From Selaginella moellendorffii (lineage: Eukaryota > Plantae > Lycopodiophyta): a DNA stretch of 64,000 nt. This document shows, piece by piece, positions 1 through 10,825 of this stretch. The stretch lies in contig NW_003314352.1 in assembly GCF_000143415.4 (NCBI RefSeq), positions 1 to 64,000 of the forward strand, in the 5' to 3' direction. The notes under the pieces were generated by a model. It saw only the letters and a list, made by a program, of their open reading frames with translations. It had not been told where the DNA came from and did not search any database. Numbering within the stretch: position 1 is the first letter of the stretch; every line of letters begins with the position of its first letter. A program made the translations under genes and the position numbers.

Positions 1-1880
1 AGCTAGGCTGCTGGACTGACGCTTTCATATGAGACGGAAGAATGCCTCTCAAGGATTGTGGCGAAAAATGAGGAGGATAAGGTGATGACTGGAAAGAAGT
101 TCTGAGAACTGACGAAAGTGGAGTCGTAAAAGTCGTCAAATGTGGATGGCTTAAACTTTCTCTCGATGATAACACAGGTGACTTTGGAGGAGATTCAGCT
201 GGCTTTGACACCTTTATATGTTTGTCAGACTTGGATGACTTGGGAAAGAATGACTTGAGGTGAAATGGAAGCAGCTTTAAAGGGTTGAAAAACCGCTTTC
301 CTTCTTTAGTTTTTGAGTTGTCTGTAGGAGGAATTGGCGGTGAAGAAGGTTTAGATTCTGGCAGCTGAGGGGAAAGAGGACTGGGTGGTCTACGTGGACT
401 TTTTGGAGTTGCAGGACTAAGAGGACGAACGAAGGGTGGTGGTGACACCGAGCGTTGGAATTGGGATGGGAGAGTCATTGTCCTGTGTAGACCTGTTATG
501 CTTCTGAGAATACTAACCTGGGAATGGCCACCTCGGTAGTATATCTGAGGGTTCACAGGAAAGGAGTACCGCGGAGCTTCAGCGCGTATCTGTATGAACT
601 GCACTCAGAAACCAGCAAATGGTGATACGATCCTACCCTGGCATGTCGCTCGTTTATTGCCTCAAGGGCCAGCCTTAGCTTGCGATGCAGAGACTTGCGA
701 GAATCTTCAGAGAGCTGTAGAACAGAAACATTGCAGTTAAAAGCGGTCAATAGCAATGCAAGATCAGAAATTGTTACATCTTCAAGACCTTGCCCTTGCA
801 GATAGTTTGCTCTCTTTTGCAAGAGTTCAACGGCATCCCTGGTCAATCGAGTTTCCTTTTGTAGCTTTAAAAGGACATCCCCCGCATTTCCTGCAATGAC
901 TTTGTTACTTATGTACGTCCAACCCAGCTGCATATCAAACCCTTGGAGTTTAAGATGTCCCGGAGAATCTGTACTTTCCACAAATCTTTTTCTTTTATAT
1001 CTGCCTCGGCACACTGTCCATCTACTTTTTTGAGCAACGCTTCCTTCTCCACGTACGTTTTAGCCAATTCCGTCTGTTACCTACATTAGAATGGAAGTTT
1101 CAATAGCAAGTTCGCCAGTGGAAAGAAAAAAACGAGAAGAGAAAAAGAAACTTCACCTTCACAGATTGCGCTTCAAGGCTTTTGATAGATTCAAGTTCTG
1201 TCTTATCATTGGGAGACTTGGCCAAAAGATGTCTTAACTCGCCAGCTCTAGCCCACGTTTTGTTGAGATAGCCTTCAAAAAAGATAAAATAAATAAACGA
1301 AGCAATAGCCGGGGTGATGCAAAAAAGATTTGCTGTACGAAAAAGAACTTCTGGAGGATCTGATGCATCTTCCAGTCTCCGTATCGCACTTCTCTACAAG
1401 AAGTGCAGTACGGAAATTAGAATTTTACACAAAAGAAAAAAAAACAAAGGTACAAACCAGTGATTCAGAAGATGATGTCGAAAGAAAATACTGGTCATGA
1501 TTCCCAAAGGCAGCATATTCCGGACCGAGCTTTACAACGAGCTTGTGCTTTCGGGAGGCATCACCAGGAACTTCCTCGACTTGACATCCTTCGAGAGCAA
1601 TGACTCCCAAAGGAGAGCTTCTGTCAAGCTGAAACCATCGCAATCATAATTGGAGGTCGAAAAATAAGGTAAGAACAAACAATACCTCATTCTTGAAAGA
1701 GAAGAGAAACGATCCCTGTAAAAGGAAAAATCGTCTCTCCCAAACCCGCGCGTCCTCCTTGTAGACGTCCAAATGCCCCGTCCAGTCGGGCTGCGACCAC
1801 AATAGGGCCTGGAAATCACACCAGGAAAGAAATGTGGCTTCCACAAACACCAGCAGGTCCTCACTCACCTCCGACTCCAT
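1..1880 (-). CDS. PH-domain protein with coiled-coil and Pro/Ser-rich C-terminal part; multi-exon, runs off the left edge
   Basis: ATG at 1880 followed by a GTGAGT donor; exons give PH-like PDWTGHLDVYKEDARVWERRFFLLQGSFLFSFKNE and SSPLGVIALEGCQVEEV...QYFLST; 1-480 translates openly as SPPPFVRPLSPATPKSPRRPPSP...; short GT-AG introns. Confidence 0.7.
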
Positions 1881-4447
1881 CCGCCGTGAACCATCACAGG
1901 CCGGCGCCCAGCTCCACTCGATCTAGGGCCATGGCGTTCGCTCCACGCGATCATAGAACCCTAGCCCAGAGATCCATTGAGCGGCAAAATGAGCGCATAT
2001 TCTTATTCCCTAAATTCTATCCTAACGGCAAATTTCTAGGGCTCCTGGGCGATGGCATGAAACGCAGCCTGGCGCCGGCTAAGGTAAGAAGATTCCAGCT
2101 CAAGGAGGAGAAGGCAGGATCTCGTTTTGATTCTAGCGGCCACTACCGGGATGCCCTTCGCCAATGCCAGGATCTCGAAAGTGTGAGGCAAATCCACGAT
2201 CGCATCTCTGGCGCTGCTAGTGCCAATGTCTTCCTGGGGAATGAGATCGTCAGGGCCTATGGAAAATGCGGCAGTGTGGCCAGCGCCCGGGTGGCATTCG
2301 ATGCGATCGCGAGGAAGAACGACTACTCTTGGGGTAGCATGCTTACCGCATATGCTCAGAACGGGCATTACAGGGCCGCCTTGGATCTCTACAAGAGGAT
2401 GGATCTCCAGCCAAATCCCGTGGTCTATACCACCGTTCTGGGCGCCTGTGCCAGCATCGAAGCTCTCGAGGAGGGAAAAGCGATCCACTCTCGGATTTCT
2501 GGGACGAAAGGCTTGAAGCTGGACGTGATCTTGGAGAACTCCTTGCTCACCATGTACGCGAAATGTGGGAGCTTGGAGGATGCCAAGCGCTTGTTCGAGA
2601 GAATGTCTGGGAGGAGGAGCGTTTCTTCGTGGAACGCCATGATTGCGGCATACGCTCAAAGCGGGCACTTTGAGGAGGCCATTCGACTCTACGAGGACAT
2701 GGACGTGGAGCCGAGCGTCCGGACTTTCACCTCGGTGCTGAGCGCCTGCTCCAACTTGGGTCTGCTGGATCAAGGTAGAAAAATCCATGCTTTGATTTCT
2801 TCCCGTGGCACGGAGCTTGATCTTTCCTTGCAGAATGCTTTGCTGACGATGTACGCTCGCTGCAAGTGCTTGGACGACGCTGCGAAGATCTTCCAAAGGC
2901 TTCCCAGGCGAGACGTTGTTTCCTGGAGCGCGATGATAGCAGCGTTTGCAGAGACCGACCTCTTTGACGAGGCGATAGAGTTCTACTCGAAGATGCAGCT
3001 GGAAGGAGTCCGTCCAAACTACTACACCTTCGCCAGCGTTTTGCTCGCTTGTGCAAGTGTGGGAGATCTCCGAGCGGGAAGAGCTGTCCACGACCAGATC
3101 CTCGGAAATGGTTACAAGATCACTCTCGTCAATGGGACAGCACTGGTGGACTTGTACACGAGCTACGGCAGCCTTGACGAAGCAAGGAGCTTGTTTGATC
3201 AGATAGAGAACAGGGACGAGGGACTTTGGACAGTTTTGATCGGAGGATACTCGAAACAAGGCCACAGAACTGGAGTGTTGGAACTCTACCGAGAGATGAA
3301 GAACACCACCAAAGTTCCAGCGACCAAGATCATTTACAGCTGCGTCATCTCGGCCTGCGCGAGCCTGGGGGCCTTTGCTGATGCCAGGCAAGCTCACAGC
3401 GACATAGAAGCCGATGGAATGATCTCGGACTTCGTCTTGGCAACATCGCTCGTCAACATGTACAGCCGCTGGGGAAATCTGGAGAGCGCCAGGCAAGTCT
3501 TTGACAAGATGAGCTCGAGAGACACTCTAGCCTGGACGACTTTGATTGCAGGCTATGCGAAGCACGGTGAGCACGGACTGGCTCTCGGGCTTTACAAAGA
3601 GATGGAGCTCGAAGGCGCCGAGCCGAGCGAGCTAACTTTCATGGTGGTTCTCTACGCCTGCAGCCACGCCGGCCTCCAAGAACAAGGCAAGCAGCTCTTC
3701 ATTTCGATCCAGAGCGACTACGCCATGCATCCAAACATCGCCCACTACAGCTGCATCATCGATCTCCTCAGCCGCGCTGGACGACTCAGCGACGCGGAGG
3801 AGCTCATCAACGCAATGCCGGTGGAACCAAACGACGTGACCTGGAGCTCGCTGCTGGGGGCGTCCAGGATCCACAAAGATGTCAAGCGAGCAACTCACGC
3901 AGCCGGACAGATAACTAAGCTCGATCCAGTCGATCCCGCGAGCTACGTCCTCCTCTCCAACGTTCACGCGGTCACTGGGAACTTAGCCGGCATGGCGAGC
4001 GTGAGGAACACCATGGTGGCCAGGGGCGTGAAGAAGCGCCGGGGCAGCAGCTGGATCGAGGTGGCGGACCAGATCCACGAGTTTAACGTTGGGGACAATT
4101 CTCATCCGCGGTTCCAAGAGATCTTCGCCGAGCTCCAGCGATTGTCTCCCAAGATCAAGGAAGCCGGCTACGTTCCAGAGAGCGAGGAAGTTCTTCACGA
4201 CGTCGGGGAGAAGGAGAAGGAGCTGCTACTCCGGCTCCACAGCGAGAAGCTCGCCATCGCGTTTGGGTTGATCGCTACTGCTCCAGGGACGACGCTCCGG
4301 ATCTTCAACACGCTGAGGATCTGCCACGACTGCCACTCGGCCGTGAAGTTCATCTCGGCGATTGCGCGGCGAGAGATCATCGTCAGGGATAGCAGCCGGT
4401 TCCACAAGTTTCGCGATGGCCAGTGTTCTTGTGGAGACTACTGGTAA
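1832..4447 (+). CDS. PLS-class PPR protein with E/E+ and complete DYW cytidine-deaminase domain (organellar C-to-U editing factor); true start probably ATG 1931 or 2057
   Basis: Intronless 871-aa ORF with P-L-S repeats (e.g. ENSLLTMYAKCGSLEDAKRLFERM), GSSWIEV PG-box-like motif, HSEKLA and CHDCH zinc ligands, terminal DYW. First ATG overlaps the neighbouring PH gene. Confidence 0.95.
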   Translation: MWLPQTPAGPHSPPTPSAVNHHRPAPSSTRSRAMAFAPRDHRTLAQRSIERQNERIFLFPKFYPNGKFLGLLGDGMKRSLAPAKVRRFQLKEEKAGSRFDSSGHYRDALRQCQDLESVRQIHDRISGAASANVFLGNEIVRAYGKCGSVASARVAFDAIARKNDYSWGSMLTAYAQNGHYRAALDLYKRMDLQPNPVVYTTVLGACASIEALEEGKAIHSRISGTKGLKLDVILENSLLTMYAKCGSLEDAKRLFERMSGRRSVSSWNAMIAAYAQSGHFEEAIRLYEDMDVEPSVRTFTSVLSACSNLGLLDQGRKIHALISSRGTELDLSLQNALLTMYARCKCLDDAAKIFQRLPRRDVVSWSAMIAAFAETDLFDEAIEFYSKMQLEGVRPNYYTFASVLLACASVGDLRAGRAVHDQILGNGYKITLVNGTALVDLYTSYGSLDEARSLFDQIENRDEGLWTVLIGGYSKQGHRTGVLELYREMKNTTKVPATKIIYSCVISACASLGAFADARQAHSDIEADGMISDFVLATSLVNMYSRWGNLESARQVFDKMSSRDTLAWTTLIAGYAKHGEHGLALGLYKEMELEGAEPSELTFMVVLYACSHAGLQEQGKQLFISIQSDYAMHPNIAHYSCIIDLLSRAGRLSDAEELINAMPVEPNDVTWSSLLGASRIHKDVKRATHAAGQITKLDPVDPASYVLLSNVHAVTGNLAGMASVRNTMVARGVKKRRGSSWIEVADQIHEFNVGDNSHPRFQEIFAELQRLSPKIKEAGYVPESEEVLHDVGEKEKELLLRLHSEKLAIAFGLIATAPGTTLRIFNTLRICHDCHSAVKFISAIARREIIVRDSSRFHKFRDGQCSCGDYW

Positions 4448-4489
4448 TGGATGATGCTATGATCAGTGTCATGGATCATGCGTGAATTC

Positions 4490-6760
4490 TTAGACCGCGA
4501 AGATGCTAGAGAGGAGCGAGAACGGCGCTGGGTCGTGTGGATTCGCGCCAGCGGCGCCAGCGGCAATGCGTTTGCCGCGATCCACATCGGATTGGATCCG
4601 GCAAGCGCTAAGCACGGCCTTCCAAGTCATCGCCTCGGGCAAATGCGGCATCGCGTGGAGGAGCTCCTCCGCCTCGCTCAGCCGCCCCGCCCGCGCTAGA
4701 GCATCCACCACGCCATGGAGGAAATGGTTGAGGCTCTCCTCCTCTTTCTCCGATCCATCACCGTGGTCTCGAGCAATCGCCACGAATCGCTCGATGCCAA
4801 TCCCGCCATGGCTGCACGCGAACAGGATCGCCGCCAAGCTCGCCTCGTTGGGCGCAATCCCCTCGAGCTCCATCCCCCGGAAGAAATCCAGCGCGCCACC
4901 GCCAAGGCCGCTGCGCGCGTAGCCGGCGATCATCGCGTTCCAGAGCTCCAGATCGCGAAATGGGGCTTTCATCGCGTCGAAGAGCTCGCGCGCCTGGCGG
5001 ATATGCCCGGCCTGGGCATGCGCGGCCAAGACGGCCACATCGGCATCCACGTGGCGTTCGGGCATTTGCTCCAGCATCTGCTGCGCTTGGGCCACGTGGC
5101 CGCGCCAGCCGTACCATTGTATCATGGTGGTCCACGAGAGCACGTCATGTACGGGCATTTTCATAAAGAGCTCCTTTGCGTCCTCCAGATGCCCGGATTG
5201 GGTATATGCCGCTAGCAACGTACACCACGCAACCATGTCACGGTAAGGGAATCTCTCAAACAATATTTGGGCTTCTTTTGTTTCTTGGCCCCGAACTAAA
5301 GCCTCAAGCATGGCTGTCCAGGATACCAAATCGTGAAGGGGCATTTTTACAAACTGAGCCCTGGCAGCATCAAGATGGCTTTGCCGGGCATACGCAGCGA
5401 GCAATTGGGTCCAAAGCTCTAGAGATTTACCATTGTTATGATCAAAGATATCTTTAGCAGACTCAAGCTCTCCGCGCAAAATAAACTCTGTGAGTTGCAG
5501 CGTCCAAAACACCTCAAAACTAGAACTAAAACTTGGCTGTGTTAAAATATGCCCACCTTCGGCGTATGCGGCAGTGATAACATTCCACGTACTCGCGTCT
5601 ATGTACGGGATTGCCTTCAAGAATTTCTTCACCTCGTCCAGCTGACCCGTACGAGCATACGCCGCTAGCACCGGGAGCCACGCCGATGTGTCGTACATGG
5701 GCATCTGTGTCAAGTATCCACACGCATATTCCAGATACCCAGCACGGGCATATGCCGAGATCAGCGTTGCCCACGACAAGAGATCCCGGTGGAGCATATT
5801 CTTGAACATCGCGATAGTTACGTCAAGGTTCTTGCTTTGCGTGCTCGCCAAAAGAAGCGCATTAAGCGAGAATACGTTGTGCTGCGGCATTTTACCCAGC
5901 ATCGCAGCCGCGCGAGACAAATCGCCCCTGTGGATCGCCAGCGCCTGGATCGCGATCGCCCACGAGAACACGTCCCTGTGAGGCATCAAGTCGAAGCACT
6001 CAAGAACTCTCTCGTGGAATCCATTCTGCGCGTAGCAAGCCAGCATCGCGCCCCACAGCACGAGATCGCGATCATCCTTGGGGATTCCGGCAAACAGCGA
6101 TTCGCAATCGAGGATGTTCCCAGCCTCGCCGTGGATCTGGATCATCGCGGTGGCGGCAGCAACGTCGTGACAGGGCATTCTCGCGTAGAGCTCCTCGGCG
6201 CCGGCGAGAAGCCCGCTCTCGGCAAATGCCGCCACCAAGAAATTCCACGTGGCTGTGCTGCGACGTGGCAGCCTGTCAAACTGCCACTTGGCGCCAGCAA
6301 GGCGGCCATCCTTGGCATCCGCTTGGATCACCGCGTTCCACGACACAACGTCTCTGTACGGCATCATCTCCGCCACCTGGCGAGCTTCAGCAAGATGCCT
6401 TTCTTGGGCATATACCGAGAAGATACTAGTCCATGAAACAACGTCGCGCTTGGGCATGGAATCAAAGCAGGCCTTTGCCTCGCAAAGATGCCCGTTGTGA
6501 GAATATGCCTGGAGCATGATGTTCCACGAAAAGAGATTCCGGCGCTCGCTGGGAATCTCGTTAAATACCAGCTCTGCATCCTGGATGCTGCCACACTTGC
6601 CATACATTTCAATGAGGAGATTTGTGAGCCATCTATCTTCTTTGTAAACACTATTTAGAATAAAAGAGTGGAGCTCCCTGCCTTGGAGAAGGTCTCTTGT
6701 GTTGCCACAGAGCTTGAGAAGCCGAGAGATCTCCTTGTCAGATAATAGAACGCATCGCAT
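4490..6760 (-). CDS. PLS-class PPR protein dominated by tandem short (~31 aa) motifs, ending in a partial E domain, no DYW
   Basis: 756-aa intronless ORF with repeated ...FD.MP..DVVSW.. units and C-terminal VDALARAGRLSEAEELLHAMP...WKAVLSAC...PFSLLSSIF. Confidence 0.9.
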   Translation of the reverse strand: MRCVLLSDKEISRLLKLCGNTRDLLQGRELHSFILNSVYKEDRWLTNLLIEMYGKCGSIQDAELVFNEIPSERRNLFSWNIMLQAYSHNGHLCEAKACFDSMPKRDVVSWTSIFSVYAQERHLAEARQVAEMMPYRDVVSWNAVIQADAKDGRLAGAKWQFDRLPRRSTATWNFLVAAFAESGLLAGAEELYARMPCHDVAAATAMIQIHGEAGNILDCESLFAGIPKDDRDLVLWGAMLACYAQNGFHERVLECFDLMPHRDVFSWAIAIQALAIHRGDLSRAAAMLGKMPQHNVFSLNALLLASTQSKNLDVTIAMFKNMLHRDLLSWATLISAYARAGYLEYACGYLTQMPMYDTSAWLPVLAAYARTGQLDEVKKFLKAIPYIDASTWNVITAAYAEGGHILTQPSFSSSFEVFWTLQLTEFILRGELESAKDIFDHNNGKSLELWTQLLAAYARQSHLDAARAQFVKMPLHDLVSWTAMLEALVRGQETKEAQILFERFPYRDMVAWCTLLAAYTQSGHLEDAKELFMKMPVHDVLSWTTMIQWYGWRGHVAQAQQMLEQMPERHVDADVAVLAAHAQAGHIRQARELFDAMKAPFRDLELWNAMIAGYARSGLGGGALDFFRGMELEGIAPNEASLAAILFACSHGGIGIERFVAIARDHGDGSEKEEESLNHFLHGVVDALARAGRLSEAEELLHAMPHLPEAMTWKAVLSACRIQSDVDRGKRIAAGAAGANPHDPAPFSLLSSIFAV

Positions 6761-6815
6761 AATTTTGGAAGGTCATGACCAGCAATAATATCGAGGCTCT
6801 ATATACAAAATGTTA

Positions 6816-8896
6816 TTACGCGTCGTCGTTAGGCTCGTTGTTGGGCTCATCGTTGTTAGGCTCGTCGTTGTTAGGCAAGCAGCGTTTTTGCATGACGTTG
6901 ATGCATGCCACAGGTTGATCGTCTTTTTTTTCTGTAAGAATCGCAAAGCTGGTAAGAGGACGAAGAAACTACTTAGAGAAGAAGCGTTTCACCTTCATCG
7001 TCAAGAGACTTCTTCTTTTGAGGCTGCAGTAAAGCCAAAACTTCGTCTTTAACCTGGATATAAGCTTAGTGTTAGAATCAAAAGAAAGGAGAACGCATTC
7101 GCTTTTACCTTCCAGTGATTGTCAGTGTAAGTGGAGATTTCGCGTACTTTCGATGTCAACGTTGATTTTGGAATACCTGGAAATCTTTGCGAGAGAGACT
7201 CCACAATCTTTTTCATTCCCAATGTCGAGGACTCTCGCAGGAATCGCACCTACACAGACGAGAAAAAAAAAAGAATCAGTGTCAAGGTCCACAAGGGAAT
7301 GCAACTTACAATCTCAGGCAGCGCCGAATCGGCTAATTCTCTCTTCCTTCGCCTCCTGACGCCAGTGATTGGTGTCTTCACTTCCTGGGGGTAGGCTTCG
7401 TACTCCTCAGTAACAGGCTCGATGGATATATCTTCGGCTAGAACTCGTATCTCTAGCGCTTTAAGACACGAATCCCGATAAGGAGAAACGCTGTCGGAGT
7501 CCTGGCTGGTTGGGTTCGCAGTGAAGTTCCGCAGCACAAACGGACAATTGTGCTTGAGAGCGCGCTCGGCAACGCTGTCGAGAATGTTCTTGACATTTTC
7601 AGTGTTTGGGGCCTGACTCGACGAGCAGCTGTTTTGATTTTCACAGGTGTCCATGTCCACTCCCTGCTAACAAAAAAAAGTTCACAGTATTTGTAGTGAA
7701 GAAAGTAAAAGGGGCACCTCATCTGCCGAGAAGTAGCCATCTGGAACGACAAAGTCATCTGCGCTGTCATCATCGTCCACCTTCTCTTCTTCCTCAGGTT
7801 CATCTAAGTCAGAAAGGTTCTCTCCAGGCTCCTCCTAGATACATAAGATACGCTCAGTGATCTGTTAGTACCAGCACAAGGCGAGCTACCTCTTCCCATT
7901 CATCGTCGCTATCAACAGTGTAGTCAAGTGATGGTTCTTTCCTCAATGGATGACGAGGGCCGATAACATTGCTGCGCAAGACGATCAACAACTAAGCTAC
8001 ATTCAACAAACTGAAGCTCCAAACCTCTTTTTGGAATGTGTCCCATAGTATGCCGGTCTGAAACACTTGTGAAATTGCAGAAGCTTCATGCAAGGCGTCC
8101 CACTGGGTAATGCTGTAGGACTGATCTCGTTAGAAACGTCGACATCTCGCTGGAGCTTTGGCTGCTTGAGCACGTCCACCTTTGGTTCTCTCCTCAAACC
8201 CCAAGTCACAAATTTTTTCTGGCGTCGGGAGGTTCTCCACTCATCGAAGTGTCTCCTACAGCAACAGAAGTCGCAAAACAAGTCAGAAGACCATGCAAAA
8301 CAGATTAATATCACCTGAAAACCTCCACTTCGTTCGTTTCCGTATGAATCGTAGCAAGAACTCGATCCATGGCAGACATTACGACATTTTCCTTGGGAGC
8401 CTCCTTCACGGGACTCCTCTCCAATGGCGCTGGAGGTTTCTCTTTAACAAAAAGCTTGTTCATGATCCCAGCTTGTTTTTGGATGACAGCATTTCTTTTC
8501 CTCTCGGCTTCTTCTTTGGCTAAGCGTTTTTTTTCTTTCTGCGCTTCCTTCTCCTGATCCATCAAAGGGCAAAGGTAGGATAGATAGACAAAACACAAAA
8601 GTCCTTACGTGCTTGAGAGCCTCTCTTTCAGCCCTAGCTTGCTCTTTCTTCGCTAAGTTCTCAGCCCTTTTGGCTCGATGCTCTTCCCGTTCCCTTTCCT
8701 TTGCCTGCATTGCCATAGATCACACAAAACATTCGCCCACAAGGAAGAACAATACCAGTCGCTGTGCCTCTTTCAAAGCTTTTGCCTGCTGCTTATCCAT
8801 GACCTCCACTCTCTCCTCCTGGCATGGCACAAGCACATTAGATGAGGAGATCGCCCCGCATTTCCTATCGAGAGGAGAATCACGAGCACTCACCAT
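6816..8896 (-). CDS. FAS1: Chromatin assembly factor 1 large subunit (CAF-1 p150/FAS1), multi-exon
   Basis: KER-rich exons, KLLQFHKCFRPAYYGT, PLRKEPSLDYTVDSDDEWEE / EEPGENLSD / DDFVVPDGYFSADE (CAF1A acidic dimerization region), C-terminal winged-helix-like GMKKIVESLSQRFPGIPKSTLTSKVREIS..W; ATG|GTGAGT at 8896, TAA at 6816-6818. Exon boundaries called by eye. Confidence 0.85.
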
Positions 8897-8942
8897 CGCG
8901 AATAGCGCAGCCCAGGCGCCCGGGAGACCCTAGCCCCAAAGC

Positions 8943-8950
8943 GCGCCAAA
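8943..8950 (-). promoter_or_regulatory. E2F-type site TTTGGCGC in the 108-bp bidirectional FAS1/PSF3 promoter
   Basis: Plus strand gcgccaaa = TTTGGCGC, matching TTTSSCGS; lies between two head-to-head S-phase genes. Confidence 0.55.
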
Positions 8951-9004
8951 TGGAAGCCCTAAATTCGAAGTACTAGGCGGGAGCTTGAAGACATTTGGGG
9001 CGTC

Positions 9005-10131
9005 ATGGCGAGCTACTTCGATCTGGATGATATCCTCGCGGAGGAAGAGGTGAGCTCGCTTGCGAAGATTGAGATCTAGATTCATCCCATCGTCTTGCAG
9101 CCTGTAGGAGTGCAGTTCCGCGTCGCGGCCGCTGGAGTAGGGATCCTAGATCCGAGCGCGGAAGAAAACCAGGTAAGTGATCGAATTCCTGTGCTTGAAA
9201 TTCTTTGTTCCTTCGCGAAGGTAGAGGTAGGATCCAAAGTCGAGCTTCCCTTTTGGCTGGCGCAGGAGCTTTGGTACAGCCAAGCCGTGTCGTTAAAACT
9301 CCCAAACTTCTACAATGAACGGTACGCTTGTTTACCTTGAGATGTTTCTTTCTTCCTCCTTGTGTTCTTGTTCTTCGCGTTCTTCGGATTCTTTTTTTTT
9401 CTTTGAGAACATGAGCGAGAATGCGATTCCTTTTTTTTTTTTCCTGTATAATTGTGTTGTCTTTTACCCCATACTGCTTTCTTCTTCTTCTTTTTAAACA
9501 TGATAGAGGAAGTAGAATGACATTCTTTTTCTTGTGTGTGTTTTCCTGTATAATTGTGTTGTCTTTTAGTTCTTTTATTTTTGCGTTCATCCTGGAGCTT
9601 TTGCGTTGATTATTTCTCGTCGTACTCCTTCCTAACATTTTGATTCCCACAGCATTCGAAAGGAAGTTAAAGCGGATCCCGGATGTGTCGATTTGCGAAG
9701 CAGGTGTCCTTACTTCTACGAGCTTGGCTGCAAGTTGGTCCCGCTGTAAGTAGGCTCCATCGCTCGCAAGCGGCAGAATGTGTCCTCATCGTCTCTTTTG
9801 TCAGCGCTCAAGATGCGACACTCGGTTCGTTCCTCATGTTTTCCCTCCGCGGCCGCTACAGGGATTTGCTGTGCAAATCACACACTGCCGCCGGTACTGT
9901 GACGCCCAAGTTCTTGGCGCGTCTCACGAGAGAAGAAACTCGACGTAAGCATAATTCGCTTTGTATATCACTCCCGAGTTTTCGTCGTTTTTCTTCTCTA
10001 CAGTGTTTGAGGCTGGCGCGGAGTCCATGAAAGCGTTTAGAAAGTGGCGGCTGGAGGGGACCCGGCTAGAGAAAGCTCCGGTTTTGGGAAAGAAGCGACG
10101 TCCTACCAGTGATACGCCGGAAAACACTTGA
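9005..10131 (+). CDS. PSF3: GINS complex subunit Psf3, multi-exon
   Basis: MASYFDLDDILAEEE, KVELPFWLAQEL, IRKEVKADPGCVDLRSRCPYFYELG, F..RYRDLL, LTREE..VFEAARESMKAFRKW; GT-AG introns; TGA at 10129-10131. Confidence 0.9.
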
Positions 10132-10825
10132 GCACGAACCAGAACTTTTTCTCTCTCATGTCAGTGGTAACTGTCAACGAAATCCCGTGGTCTGCTTTCC
10201 AACGGCCGTGGGAACGGAATGTGCTGAAGCCGCAGAATATACTCGTGGTTTTCCAGCACACACTCGGTTGTGTGAGAACGGTGGCTCTCTTTTCCGGCCA
10301 AAGTTTGGTTGAGGGCGTCTGCTGAAGAGCGTCGCGGCTCTTCCAGGCCTAGCAGGGAATCAGGAAAACCAGAGAAACGAGGAAAAGGGAATTCCTCTCG
10401 AATGACACTTGGATTCGTCGGATTGTTAGCGGAAGTAGAGGATACCAAACGTCGATACCGGGAACAGGGACAGAGGGCTCAAGTATTTCAAGCACTCCGG
10501 GTGGTGTTGCCACAGGGACAGGCCAGTCGTTCAAGCAAAGACAGGAGAAAAATCCTTTTTATTTCCTCCTCTTCTTTTTCTTTCCCTTTGGATGTTGAGG
10601 CCAGTGTTGAGTTCTTCATCCGATCCCGCTGTAGGCTGGGTACCCCTCGTCCTCCTCGCGTTTCTGTGGGTTTTCTCGTTTTTGTTTCTCATTTGCCTTC
10701 TCTTTGTCAAGAGCTTCTTCGTTGTCCTGTGCGACTTTCTTCCCTCCAGCAGCTTTCCATCTCTGTGCGCCAATCTTACTAGATAGGAGAATGCAAGGTC
10801 TTTGAGGTAGCGGCATGCTGCAGCG

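Noticed and set aside
2036-3496. 486-aa antisense ORF and other ORFs overlapping the PPR genes
   Set aside because: Shadow ORFs of GC-rich coding sequence with no recognisable motifs
9003-9650. 215-aa Lys-rich minus-strand ORF
   Set aside because: Antisense of the T-rich, internally duplicated third intron of PSF3
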